Positions 12,240 through 23,659 of a stretch of 64,000 nt of DNA are shown piece after piece. Position numbers and translations under genes: made by a program. Numbering within the stretch: the stretch's first letter is position 1; each line of letters opens with the position of its first letter. The notes under the pieces were generated by a model. It was not told where the DNA came from. It saw only the letters and a program-made list of their open reading frames with translations, and did not search any database. This stretch comes from Laetmonice hystrix (Eukaryota): assembly GCA_965235115.1 (NCBI GenBank), contig OZ249440.1, positions 9,238,001-9,302,000 on the forward strand, read 5' to 3'.

Positions 12240-12560
12240 TATTTTTTTTGCTGTTGGTAATAATGTGTGTTATATTGGCGAGAGTCCTAGATGGGATATG
12301 ATGGCAGTTCGGCGTTATGTCGAGTGGCCGTGGAAGCCATTTTATGATACGTGTATCAGGTTTATGATGATGGTTATCGCACTAAACACGCCCAGGGGTT
12401 TCTGGACAGGCTTACCAGGGGTACTGTTAATAGTCGTTTCATGTTCTTATTTTTTACCTCTCTTGTCTCCAGTGTTATGCAGGGTATACAGTATCGGCGG
12501 TCGATCGGCTTTCAACCCAGACGATTTCATGCTAGGATCCCATTAAATTCTGCCGCGGTT
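12240..12560 (+). mobile_element. YR retrotransposon RT core relic
   Basis: ORF 12112-12546 contains WPWKPFYDTCIRF (cf. WxxxYYxDxCLPFG) and NPDDFMLG (cf. YLDDFLxG) at plausible spacing. Confidence 0.45.
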
Positions 12561-12569
12561 TTCAGAGAA

Positions 12570-12898
12570 GATTGAGCGGATTCGATTGAGCGCCAATGTC
12601 ACAGACATGTTGTACAGATTGAGCGGGTTCGATTGAGCGCCAATGTCACAGACATGTTGTACAGATTGAGCGGATTCGATTGAGCGCCAATGTCACAGAC
12701 ATGTTGTACAGATTGAGCGGGTTCGATTGAGTGCCAATGTCACAGACATGTTGTACAGATTGAGCGGGTTCGATTGAGCGCCAATGTCACAGACATGTTG
12801 TACAGATTGAGCGGGTTCGATTGAGCGCCAATGTCACAGACATGCTGTACAGATTGAGTGGATTCGATTGAGCGGCAATGTCACAGACATGCTGTACA
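12570..12898. repeat. 47-bp minisatellite, 7 copies
   Basis: GATTGAGCGG(A/G)TTCGATTGAGCGCCAATGTCACAGACATGTTGTACA units start at 12570, 12617, 12664, 12711, 12758, 12805 and 12852. Confidence 0.97.
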
Positions 12899-12899
12899 A

Positions 12900-13340
12900 G
12901 GACCCGGGGTCGGACCTAAGTTTGGAAGTGTTGTGATCAGTGTTAACGATTCCGCCTGTAATGTGGTAGAATTTAAAACGACAGAAAAGGCCGACCCGGG
13001 TCTGTTGATGTACTCTAGACCCGTTTTCTCCAGAGGGTATATAGCCTGACCATCTAAAGCAGGCAGATATTATGCCATTGCATGATGCTTGTGTTGAGGC
13101 CTTCATTGCATGATGTCGACCGGGTAAAGGAGTAAACACAGCCTCATGTTTGACCTCTTTCATTATTTCCTTATCCCGGGGGGGGGGGGGGGCGTAAGCT
13201 TCTCTCCTCTTAAAACTCCTGACCTTTACAAGATTACAAGATAGGTGTCGGATTGCGAGAGGCACGAGAAGTTGACAATGGACTTGTAGTTCCGAGTCTG
13301 CTCGAACCCGCTGAACACTGGGGAGATAATCCAGCACATT
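12900..13340 (-). mobile_element. YR retrotransposon RT N-terminal relic
   Basis: ORF 12834-13337 contains KEIMKEVKHEAVFTPLPG (cf. IxxExxxGRxxGPFxxPP) then GYIPSGENGSRVHQ (cf. GxVPKxExGxxRxI). Confidence 0.4.
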
Positions 13341-13829
13341 CTTAATGGACGCATTCGTCTGGTTTCCTCTGACAATTTCACCGAAAAAAAATCTTGAAAC
13401 GCTCAGTTTCTTGGCAACGGAAATCTCTCAAAATTGGATCAGTGTGTTTTTAAACCGTGGGAGAATAGAGCTGTCGGCTATGTGGGTTAGCATGAGATCG
13501 GCTTCGTTGATGGAGAAATGAGAAGGGCTGGCTGGCCGGTCAGCCCTCACTCAGTCAACCAAGGATCGGCCAGGCACACGGACCGCCCGGCAGGCAGAGC
13601 TGAAAATTGCAACACAGAGACCTCTCTGCCTCTGAGCTGAAAATGAAAATATTAAATTGATGAGTCAACATTCAGTGGATTGGAAGGAGGAAGCAATATC
13701 CTGTTGTCATGGTTACTGGTGATGGTGATGGCTGGTGCGGGAGGGGAGGAGGAGGAGGGGTTGGGGGTGGGAATAGATGTTGATGGAACTGGTCAGTTGT
13801 AGTGGTCACTTCACTGGCTGGCTCAGGTC

Positions 13830-14450
13830 AGTGTGGACCTAATAGTCAGTGCCACTTTACCCTGCCAATTGGTAATTGTTTTATGGGAGGCCAAAGAGCT
13901 GCCGAAAATAGCCAGCCATTTATTCGGACACGCGGCTACAGGCATGATACACTCCAACTCATTAGGGATGCTGGTCACACCGACGCACCTAAATTTGGTT
14001 AGAAATTTTCTTTCAAATATTTTCAAAATCAGTTAACCAATTTTCTATTTTTATGTTAAAAAATTATGTGGACATACTGTAATATACAGCGCCTGACTGT
14101 ATCACGTTGAAGGTTGTGTTTTTCGGTGTGTATGGTTGGCGTGGTAAGGAGTTGTACAATAGTTCGCCTCCGTGTAGGCTGATTCATAGTATAAACCTTC
14201 GGTGGCCGCCTGCTAGATGTAATATCGAGGTTGGTCCTCGCACCACCGGTCATTGTTCACGAGATGTAGAAAACATACTCTAGCCGCAGGCGATGAAAAA
14301 GTGACCAGTGTTGTTGTCATTGGGTGATGTAGCATACCAGCAGTCGGGTAGTGTGTGGGGGTGTCCTCCTTGGCCACAGGCCCAGCGCCGCTATATTTGT
14401 ACCATGGTCGCTAGCCGACGCCATGACTCTGGATAGCTTCAGGCTGCAGG
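13830..14450 (+). mobile_element. Tyrosine recombinase relic of a YR retrotransposon, immediately upstream of the TIA1 exon
   Basis: IHSNSLGMLVTPTHLNLVRNFL (ORF 13833-14036; cf. HxxxGxxDPT), VVFFGVYGWRGKEL at 14113-14154 (cf. box I LAFFGxLRxGE), then KSDQ (cf. SKTDQ) and ICTMVA (cf. LCPVxA). Confidence 0.45.
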
Positions 14451-14791
14451 TCTTGGCATTGTACCATTATCATTAGAACCACTAGCACCACCATCATTAC
14501 CACCACCACCCACCATCACCACCATTGCTATACCATTGCTATCTCCATCCGATCGCTCAGAATAAGCAATGTTATTTTTTGTTGTTTGTGAAAATTGGAA
14601 TGGATATTGTCAATTAAATGCCAACCGCTTGTTATTGGTTATGCATATCATGACAATGCTAAGAATTTTTTAAAAAGCAGAAGCCTAGTTGGCAATATTA
14701 CTGGTAAGGTTATAAGGGTTATTTGGCGTTATGAGCTCATGTTTTCCACCATGATTTATTTTCTGACTGTGACCTTGATTTGACCTTGCAG

Positions 14792-14849
14792 GAGATGAAG
14801 GTGAATTGGGCAACGTCTCCTGGTAACCAGCCTAAACAAGACACTAGTA
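14792..14849 (+). CDS. TIA1: Internal coding exon of a TIA-1/TIAR (nucleolysin, Rox8-like) RNA-binding protein: end of RRM1 plus linker
   Basis: Acceptor ttttctgactgtgaccttgatttgaccttgCAG|, exon GAG ATG AAG GTG AAT TGG GCA ACG TCT CCT GGT AAC CAG CCT AAA CAA GAC ACT AGT A, donor |GTAAGT at 14850. Translates to EMKVNWATSPGNQPKQDTS(+1 nt). This matches the TIA1/TIAL1 segment EVKVNWATTPSSQKKDTS and its phase-0/phase-1 intron positions as I recall them. It is too short for the ORF track. Paralog (TIA1 vs TIAL1) cannot be assigned. Confidence 0.88.
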
Positions 14850-15079
14850 GTAAGTACCTCTTTATATTTCTATCAGTAACGAGGCACTGATTCCGGCCTC
14901 ATGTCGTGCATGTTTCACATGTTACAGAGATACAGACGGGCTCATTTCAATCCGAACCCAGAAAGGGGAAGGAAAAAATAAGTGTAAAATCCAGGGAACC
15001 TTGTTTTAGAAGTATACAAAAATGGCAAGTTATATTAAGAATTAACAGAAATTAGTTAGCGATTTAGGTAAAAGTTTGA

Positions 15080-16100
15080 ATGAAACTTGCTAAGGATGCA
15101 AGAATACATGACTTCTCAGCAGAAAGGCTAGTCCTCGATAGATTATTGACCCAGATTGTTGTGAGTCAGGAAATGTTTGGTGTTCCGGGGGCGGAAGGTC
15201 CTGTGAAAAGGTTACGATGTGAGAGATTGCGACCAGCAGAGTCAGCACTTCCTGCCGTCATGTGAAGTTAGCGATCTCCGTGATTCGGTTGTCGAGGTAG
15301 ACTTGCTGTCCAAGCCACTGACACACACACGTTACACACACTGAGTACCAAGATCAAACGGTCCTGAGTTAAGACGGCCAGTCTGGGGGCTGTATCAGCA
15401 AACGATGACGCACGCCATTCCTGATAATTGGACGCTTCTCTTATCACGGCTGCTAGCGTTTGGACCAATTAGCGGCGAGGTTGTGCAATTATTGCCGATT
15501 GCAATACCGTAGACAATGATACAGTTAGCCAAGGCAGGAGTCTGGTAATTGTCCGTGGGAAATATGAACGCCGACTGATTGACCGGGGGTGGGGTGGAAG
15601 AGATCGGGAACCAAAGTAACTGCTTGGCAATGGGCGGGATCACTGACACAATCATAGCACTTAGTACCTAGAACTGAGCTGCCAGACTGTAGGGAAATAT
15701 CATTACATGTATTGCGAAATCTGTCGGAAGATCGTTTGACCGTTTCTGGGGGATTAGTAATCAAGGTAAGGTTGGAGCGGGTGGGGTGGGGGTAGGTGGC
15801 CTCGGGTGGGGTCGGGGTAGGTGGCCTCGGCGGGGGTGGGGGTAGGTGGCCTCGTATCCATACCCGACCCAAAGGTCGCGTCAGATCGAAAACCATATTG
15901 CTGTTTTGACTAGATTATTTCCTTACAAGCAAGTTTCAGGAGCATTAGGCAACGTCTCAAAACCATCAGGAGGGAGGCATAAAGCGTATCTGTGGGGCCG
16001 TCAGCCCGACGGTTCCCACACCGTGGCTGAAACTGAAAACTGCACCCAAAGTAGGCCAAGGTTCGCGTGGCGAGGGAAGGCAGCAGCAAACATGTAGCAA
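15080..16100 (+). mobile_element. Weak RT relic (YR retrotransposon-like)
   Basis: MKLAKDARIHDF (cf. LAKxDIxxAF) and HS**LDASL (cf. HYLDDFL). Very degenerate. Confidence 0.25.
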
Positions 16101-16354
16101 ACACAGGCAAGGTGGCAGGTATTGAGGTCAAGGATTGGGGGACATGCTGTTTGTCGGCTCCTCAAGGGCCGCCAATCTCAGCAGGTGTTAAAAGTCTGAG
16201 GTCAGTCGATCCGTACAGGTGAGTGGACGGATCTTGACGTGTTGAGTGGGTGTGTGTATGTGGGGGGGGGGGGAGATAAAGGACCACCTGGCCGGGCTTG
16301 TGTCTTCACACAGCACCGGCTGTGGCAGGGACCTCACATGGTGTCGTCTGGCCG

Positions 16355-16580
16355 GTATGACAGGCACCTGGTATATGTGGCCCTGTTTTCGGTATGACAG
16401 GCACCTGACAAGGTGTCATGTGGCGCTACAGCCACAAGGTGTCATGTGGCGCTACAGCCGGTGTGAGGTCGGGCCTGGCGTGATGTTGTCGGTATGACAG
16501 GCCCCTGACATGGTGTCATGTGGCGCTACAGCCGGTATGACGGTCAGGCCTGGCGTGATGTTGTCGGTATGACAGGCCGT
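16355..16580. repeat. Irregular tandem duplication (CGGTATGACAGGC / GTCATGTGGCGCTACAGCC / GCCTGGCGTGATGTTGT modules)
   Basis: Each module is repeated 2-4 times. Confidence 0.8.
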
Positions 16581-16849
16581 CCTCGATTTCTTGTGCTCCA
16601 TGAGGTGAAATATAAACTGGACACAAAAACCGCTTTCATTGTTGCTATCACACCGACTGCTATACTGACCCATGGCGACCTATCTGCCCTCAACCCCTCA
16701 GGGTCACCCCCCCCCCCCGCCAGGAAGGTTCATTGATTGGCCCTGACCTTCAATAAGTAGATCTGACCAATGGTCTGTGGCGGATCTCCGCCAGGTCTGC
16801 TATACAAGGGCTCTGGTAGATATATTATAAGGGAACATGGGAACAAAGT

Positions 16850-18060
16850 GCTCATAATGGCAAAACTATTATATTGAGAAAAAGGCAAGCAGTGCTTGAT
16901 CCATATTGCTCTCCTCTTCCGAGTTGTACAAAGAAGATGTTTGCATGAACAGTTGTTTGAAGACAGCCTGTCTGACGCGCCCTTCGGCTCGATTTACATG
17001 CCAGAACCATGCAACATGCAAACAGTAAAAACGCCAAAGAAGGAGGAAAATGTCTACACTTATATCATTTCAATACGCCAGAAATCTGACTACAGTCCTG
17101 TAGTTGAGTTCCGCAAACTCGCTATTAAACTAGAAAGGATCTGATAGGTAAAGAAGGGGAGTTTGACTGATGAGGTGCTGTCAATGAAAGTGTTTTCAAA
17201 GGCGAAATTGGTGACCACCAGCAGCCATTTTTATTATGGATATTATTACAGGGATGGTGGCACAAGTAGCCTCCTTATCCACCGAACCAAGTGCTACCCT
17301 CCCCTTCCCAGTGGCGTCGTATATGGCGATAATGTTGGCAAAGGGTATTACTAAAAATGATGTAAACCCGTTACCGTGACAGTTAGTTGTTTGTGAAAGA
17401 TGGGTATTGTCCAGAGCTGGCCCCAAGTGGATGACATAAAAGGATGGAAGAATGACCCCCCTCCCCCCACTCCCAACCACCCACCAATCAACCACCACCA
17501 ACACCAGTGGCCCAGGAGGTTCCCTGGTTCTACAAGTACTACTACAGTATTGGCGGATCGCATGCCTGAAGAACATGGGCCGAGTGTTAATTAGTGGTGT
17601 GAGACCTTAGGCTGGCCTGCCCCGTGGGCGGCAGGCCCAGCTATGGCCCAGCTATGGGCCGTATCATGATATCAGGAGTGGAGGTCGGCAGTACAGGTTC
17701 ACTCTTCCAGCTAGCCAGGCCCCTTTCTTGTCCAGGCCTACCCACTAATTTGGAAGGTTGCCGTAGTTAGACGGTGTTTCTGTTTCTCCAGACTGTCTCT
17801 TTAAGTGCATAAAGATCATGCAAGCTTTCAAAAAAATAACCCCTTCTGTCGGCAATGCTTTCTGCTATGAACCACCGTACTGCAGATCGCATGATAACAT
17901 AAGACAAGTTGCATTTTTTGGTTTCATACATATTCTGCTGCACGATAACATTAGCATTTTTAAGCAGATATGTGCGAGGGAAAGTAAAAACAAATCTGCA
18001 TACACGATAAAAACCTTAGTTGTCATGGATCACCCTGAAGTTAAGGTAGATTTTACTGTA
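16850..18060 (+). mobile_element. Internally deleted Ngaro-type relic (RT plus YR)
   Basis: LHEQLFEDSLSDAPF and VKTPKKEENVYTYII (ORF 16896-17144; cf. ExxxGRIxGPF and VPKKExGxYRLI), YYGYYYRDGGTSS (17163 ORF), CL*KMGIV (cf. LCxxLGVP), RQVAFFGFIHI (ORF 17818-18069; cf. YR box I LAFFGFLRI). Confidence 0.55.
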
Positions 18061-18106
18061 AAAAGATAGATTTTACTATAAAAAGCTAGATTTTACTATA
18101 AAAGAA
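18047..18106. repeat. 20-bp tandem repeat, 3 copies (TAGATTTTACTATAAAAAGC)
   Basis: Units start at 18047, 18067 and 18087. Confidence 0.9.
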
Positions 18107-18839
18107 GCCTCTGTAATGGTCGCTGTGCCCAATCTCCGAGGCTCAAATAGCAACCTTGTCTGCTTTGTCTCGAGACAAACGACTGTCCATGTTGATTTGC
18201 TTATCTCCATGAAGTTGTAACCGTTAAGAAAAATTCATGAAACTTGCAAAGTGTAAAATCGATGGTAAATCGATAGGAGAATTGAAGCTGCATGGTGCCG
18301 ACAGTTGGACTGAATTGTTCATGTTATATCGAGCCAGAACAGATTAGATGATGCGTGGCGTCGGAAGGTATGTATCATTCACAGCCCACAATGAAAGAGA
18401 TGACAATAGGGATGTCTGGAGTTTTAGAACACCACCAGTCGTGGTTACTCGGGTAATTCTGTTGAGCCTGCCCTAAAACCTAAAGGGATTGCCAGGACCT
18501 AATACCGTTGTAAATATCCCATTTTTTGCTGGAAGGGTTTCGCGATGTAATGAGCGCTGGGTGGGTTAACATTTAAAATTGCATGCCGTGGAGTTTTGAG
18601 AGTTTGGATTGTAGACGAGTGTGTTGAGGGGATGGTAGCGGTAACGGACTCGATTCGCTAACCCGCATTTGTCATGACCTTACGGGGGTCTCTTTTTGTT
18701 GAGAACCACCAATGGCATCAGTCTTAATGCGTGCCCCGCTCTCTCTCCCTCCCCAGAATAACCGCGCACCGCACACAGCAAGCCCTATATGTCTAATTAC
18801 ATACACCCCACCCTCCACCCCACTCAACGTATTGCCAAC

Positions 18840-21600
18840 CCACTTAATCATGCCTTTCATGGAGATCCAAAGGGTGCAACATGGAATCACTTGCCTTTCA
18901 TATCACCTGGCTACTGAGCCGGTCAACTGTAACCGGGCCGAAATTAATCTGCCAGGCACATGCAGGACAAAATTCAGCCGCATTCTTTCGCGTGCAAGCC
19001 ATACAGGAAATTAACACTGCCAAGCCGAGTCGGCGTATGGAAATAAGGTTTAGTGTTTGTTTCCTTGGCGTGATCAAACCAAGCGTTCGTACCGACATCC
19101 CCGAAAAACTCTCCGAGAACAAACGTTCGGGTTGTTCTAGCATAATTCTGTAAATGTCGAATTAGGAGCAGGCCCTGCGGGCTAGGCTCGAGTGTCGGGT
19201 GAAGAATAGAAATGGATGAATTCGGTTTTAAGGATTGTCCGATTCCACGTCTGTTTGGGGGGGGGGGGGGTCTGTGGGTATCGGGACAGTCGTGTACTGA
19301 GGGTTGGCTCGGCCAGGACAATATAGCGTGATATTGCTGTGTGAGCGTGTCGAGTTGGTCATCTTCATGCACATACAGGCAAGGACAGTTGTGGCGAGTC
19401 ATGCCTGAAGTAATCCCCTCACAGACGTATCAGTCTACAGAGTGGCAGAATAGCAGCACAGTTACTCATCGGCATGCAGGTCAATGATATGGTTTGGGAA
19501 GAAAACTTTGAAGGCTGATTAATTAAGAGATAATCTCTCTCCAGATGACCCCGAGGTCACACGCATCCCAAATGCTAAGCGGGGCTATCATAGCCGATCC
19601 GCCTGAAGTAGCAACCGAATTATCATTAATGGAGGCGCTGTTTATGGTTTGTCCACTCCCAGCAATGGGAAGCCATTCAGTTGACCCTTTGACCCCTACG
19701 ATTGAACCCATTGTTTTGACCTTGAATACAGGCGCATGCTGTGTGCAGAGGCATGTGTATTCACAAATTCATAGTCTGGTTTATGGCTGGACACCGAGTC
19801 TGAAGGATTGCACTCAGTAATGGTGACCTGCTTCAGATTGCGTCACTACTTGGCGTAACACGGTTGACCACGCGCTGTGGCCTAGAAAATTCACTCGACG
19901 GAGTGCAGTGCGCATTGATAACAGGAAAGTAGTTTCCTCAGGCTTTGTTTGAATAGAAAATGTAAATGGCTACTGTGCTCTCCATTATTACACGCCAGGA
20001 GGGCCACATGAATATCATAGCTGAAATTGATAAGGTGAAGTGCAATTCAGTTGTCGAGTCCAAGGATCGTAGAGTAGGCTATTTTTAGTGTTCGATGTAG
20101 TGCATTAAGAAGCAGGATATCCATAGAGGGTGAAGAGGCCACTTGTATGTTGGCTTGAATGCTGGCGGCATGCACCAACATCCGTCCAGAATGAGTGCCG
20201 CCGAAACTGCTGATTGCCAGAAGGAAAATGTTGAAACGTGCTGCCATTATTGGTCAGGGGGAGCCCCGTGCGCCTGCGCAGGAGGATGCGCCGCCGCCGC
20301 GACAGGCGAGCGGTGCTTTATGGGTAATGGCAACAAAGTTTGTACAAACGAATAATGCTTGCATCATTACTGGGGCTTGCAGGCGACCGATGGGCACGTA
20401 GCACCTCGTGTAAGTGGGACAATTATAGCTCTCACGTCCAGCGAGTGTTTTGTCGTCGTGTTCTATTACTACAACCAGCCCAGCCACCGACCCCCCCCCC
20501 CCCCCCCCCGCCATGGCTATAGAACGTTAGGTTCTACGTCTTATCAAGTTAGCCCTGCGCAAATTGCCCGCTAAAACATTTAAACAGAAAATCGTTTCTT
20601 TCAGACCAACCGGGGACATGGATCATACGATCCCAGCGCTGATTAAGGGATTAGAAATTGTGCAATTCATGACACCTCAGAAAAGATTAATATTGAGTGG
20701 TAGTTCTCCGGCCATTGAGCTTTTAATTGCTTCCCTCCATAATTGTCACGGCGACGATTGTGCGGCGCATGCTGCCTCACAAAGAGACACCGCCTGAACC
20801 AGAACTCTACACCGTCTCGTAAAATATGGCCGGGATTAAAATTCACACCAGGCACAGCAAACTGTTCAGTGCTTACACCAATTACACCTCATCACAGGCC
20901 ATGAAAAACGGTCCTAGTGTTTACACAGGCAACACAGAAACACATGTTATTCCATCACCATAGCAACTGCATCACCAAAATATGAGCAAGTCGCATGTTT
21001 AGTTTGAGGATGCCAAATTTTTAATTTTTTCCTCATCCAGCTACACAGTTCAAACAGAATGCTGCTGCGCATATGCAAAGATGGCTTATGGCTTCTGTCA
21101 TAGGCCAGGATGCTTTGAGAGGCGTGCCTTTGTCAATGTTACCCATAGCAACAGTCAGTCCCCTGATAAATGAGGATATTGCAAAAGAGGTCGTATAACA
21201 GACAGTGGCATTGGAGGCTGGTAGCGATCAGGCATACAGCAATGCACAATTTAACACTAGCACCGCCAGTGATTGATAGAACGGCGAGAGGCCAGCCAGT
21301 TCCCCTGACATTGACACTGATTGAGATTACTGCAACAAACCCCATAGCAGGCGGCAGTCGGGTCCATATGTGAAATATTTAAAGTAATATCTAACCACTT
21401 ACCCCCAGCGAAATTTATTGACTCTTCAGAAGTGAGTGATAGGATCGTCGGGAGTTTTTTTTCGGTTCTCGTGTCATTTGAATGCATAGGGCGTCCGAAA
21501 ACATATAAATCTAGCTTTTGTCATGTGGCTGGCCATGGTGACCGGGCAGGCAAGAGGTAGTGACACCTAGTGTGTGGTGTGTTAAGTTGAGGCATCATCA
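18840..21600 (+). mobile_element. Decayed near-full-length Ngaro-type element (RT > RNase H > YR)
   Basis: QNSAAFFRVQAIQEI..FLGVIKP (18881 ORF), MDEFGFKDCPIP (~19215), DPLTPTIEPIVLTLNT (19545 ORF; cf. GPxTxIxFLGxxLDT), ARSTSCKWDNYSSHVQRVFC (20340 ORF), PALIKG..QKRLILS (20564 ORF; cf. LKG..RLPIT), LTLAPPVIDRTARGQPV (21170 ORF), YKSSFCHVAG at 21504-21533 (cf. YxSHSFRIGAA). Confidence 0.5.
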
Positions 21601-22199
21601 GTCAGTTGACCTTGCTGGCATACTCCCCACCCACCCACAGCCTGGCTAGGTAAACCATGATGTCACGGTGATGATGGTACACTGTTTGCTCGGTGGCTGG
21701 ATGGCGCCTCCCTGCTGCCATGACAACCGTCAATAACGGCTCCACAAGTAACGTGATAGGGGCAGCGTTAGCGAACGGACAGGCTAGGATCGGGCCCTTG
21801 TGTCCTCAGGCGGGTCATATGTAGGCATAAAATATCTGGTCAACGGTTCCACGGTCTGTTAAAGTCCCGCTGACGGTGTGGCCTCATGGGTTAAGGCCCA
21901 GGGACAGGCAATGCTGAGGAAAGGAGGGGGGATTGGTGACTAGATCAAGCTGATTATCGCGAAAATAACGATCGACCGGGCTCAAATAGAAAAAAAAAGG
22001 TGAAAAAGTATAACGTGCCAAGGTGGCCCGCGCCGAGTGAAGAAAGACGCTGCAGTAGATTTGAACAAGTGCGAGATTATTTTAATTGCCCGGTAATGAG
22101 ATTTCTCTGGCCAGTTTAAAACTGGGTCATCATGGACGGCCTCATATGTAGGTTTAGTGGTTACGGCACATTCCTTGTAGTTTTAATAGCGTTGTATTC

Positions 22200-22500
22200 C
22201 TTCGCTTAAAGTATAAGCGCTCTCAAGATAAACTCAAAACGCTTTGATGGTAGTCCAACCTTGGCTTCATCAAGTTATCAACGGCTCCGTATATGACGAT
22301 TTAAAGAAGTCATTGAATGCGCCATGCCGACCTTTGTAGTTAAGATGATGGTATTGATTTGATATCGTATTAATGAGCGCTTGTCATGGAAACTCGTTAC
22401 AAGAGATATTCTCAGAGGAGATGGTCAGTGTTGTACAACCAACCGAATCGACATTGTTGGCCAAGTTAGAAAAGTTTTTTTTGGATGAGTTGGACACCGC
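22200..22500 (-). mobile_element. YR retrotransposon RT N-terminal relic
   Basis: YHHLNYKGRHGAFNDFF at ~22353-22303 (cf. IHHLSYPxGxSVND), followed by GWTTIKAF* (cf. KxDIKxAFR). Confidence 0.4.
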
Positions 22501-23659
22501 GAGTGACTCATAGTTGGATGTGTTGACTAGGGCGTAGTGTTTGTGCAAAGGGTTTTAAGCAGTCCTACGTGGTGAAGGGAGACAAGTTGATATAAGTATA
22601 CGTGGGCAGTTATTCTGATAGAGACATAATGGGATATTTGTCCGTCTGTACCATCCACAACCCCCCCCCCCCCCGCGCCAAACTGAAGGCGGAGGTGCAG
22701 GTATAACCGTGTTTGTATTGACACAAACGTCATGTAATTTGTATGATGGTATTACTAAGAGACTTTAAAAATGTGTAGGTGGTTGGAGGGCGCCCTGTAT
22801 GGTAAGGCTTTGGTACTCCCTGCTATTGACAGATGCATTGTTCCAATCATTAATTGCTGAGAAATAAACCCATGACAGATGGAGGAGCATAAAAAATCAA
22901 TTGTACCTTATGTGAATGATAGTTGTTTAGAGTTGTTATTTATTTGCCTCATTAGAGGACAAATAAACAATTAGCAGAAGTCATACACGGCGGTTTTGTT
23001 GTGGTGGGAGTTGACAATGATGAAGCAGGTGGTAGCTTTTCATGTTTTCTCAGCCCCCCCCCCCCCCGTACACACACACACCGCACACCCCACCATGGGG
23101 GTCGACGATCCACACTTCCATGTGTTTGTGATGTGAAGTTGTTTATTAACTCAGAACTCTGACATTATACAGGTAGTTATTACCCGGGAGGAGAGCCCGG
23201 TACACCTTAATCAGGGCTCTCCCGTTCACCCAGACATGACTCAAACTGAACTTACAGCTGCCGCCATAATTACATGCAGGTCCCTTGACACATTGCATGG
23301 ATAAGAAAGTAACAACATCAGACGTCAGACCACGTGAATATCAAATGAATGGAATCTGTTTGTTTGCCACACTAGCGGTATTGAGAGTTGACCGACTCAG
23401 CCGCGAAGTTAGGCTCACAGTCAGTTGGGATATAGCCCCTATTTTGCCACCCTAGCGCATTTATCTATGTCTAATGTCGAGCTTTTGAACATGACAGTAT
23501 CACTACATCATGTTTCCCCATTTTTGTCCGTTTAAAGCTATCGCAGTGTAACATGCTGAGATTAATGCACTCTCCCAAGTTAATAATCTATCTGTAGCTT
23601 TCCAATACTTGTAATAAATTTTCAAATTTTAATCTAGTCAGAGCGAGAAAAAAGGGGCC

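Noticed and set aside
16216-16224. Perfect donor CAG|GTGAGT 1.4 kb after the TIA1 exon
   Set aside because: There is no convincing upstream acceptor, and the possible exons are frame-shifting with no TIA-like peptide.
21878-21897. tRNA/SINE-like A box (also B-box-like GGTTCAAACTC at 60272 and GGTTCGATT in the 47-bp units)
   Set aside because: There is no matching partner box at the correct spacing and no cloverleaf.
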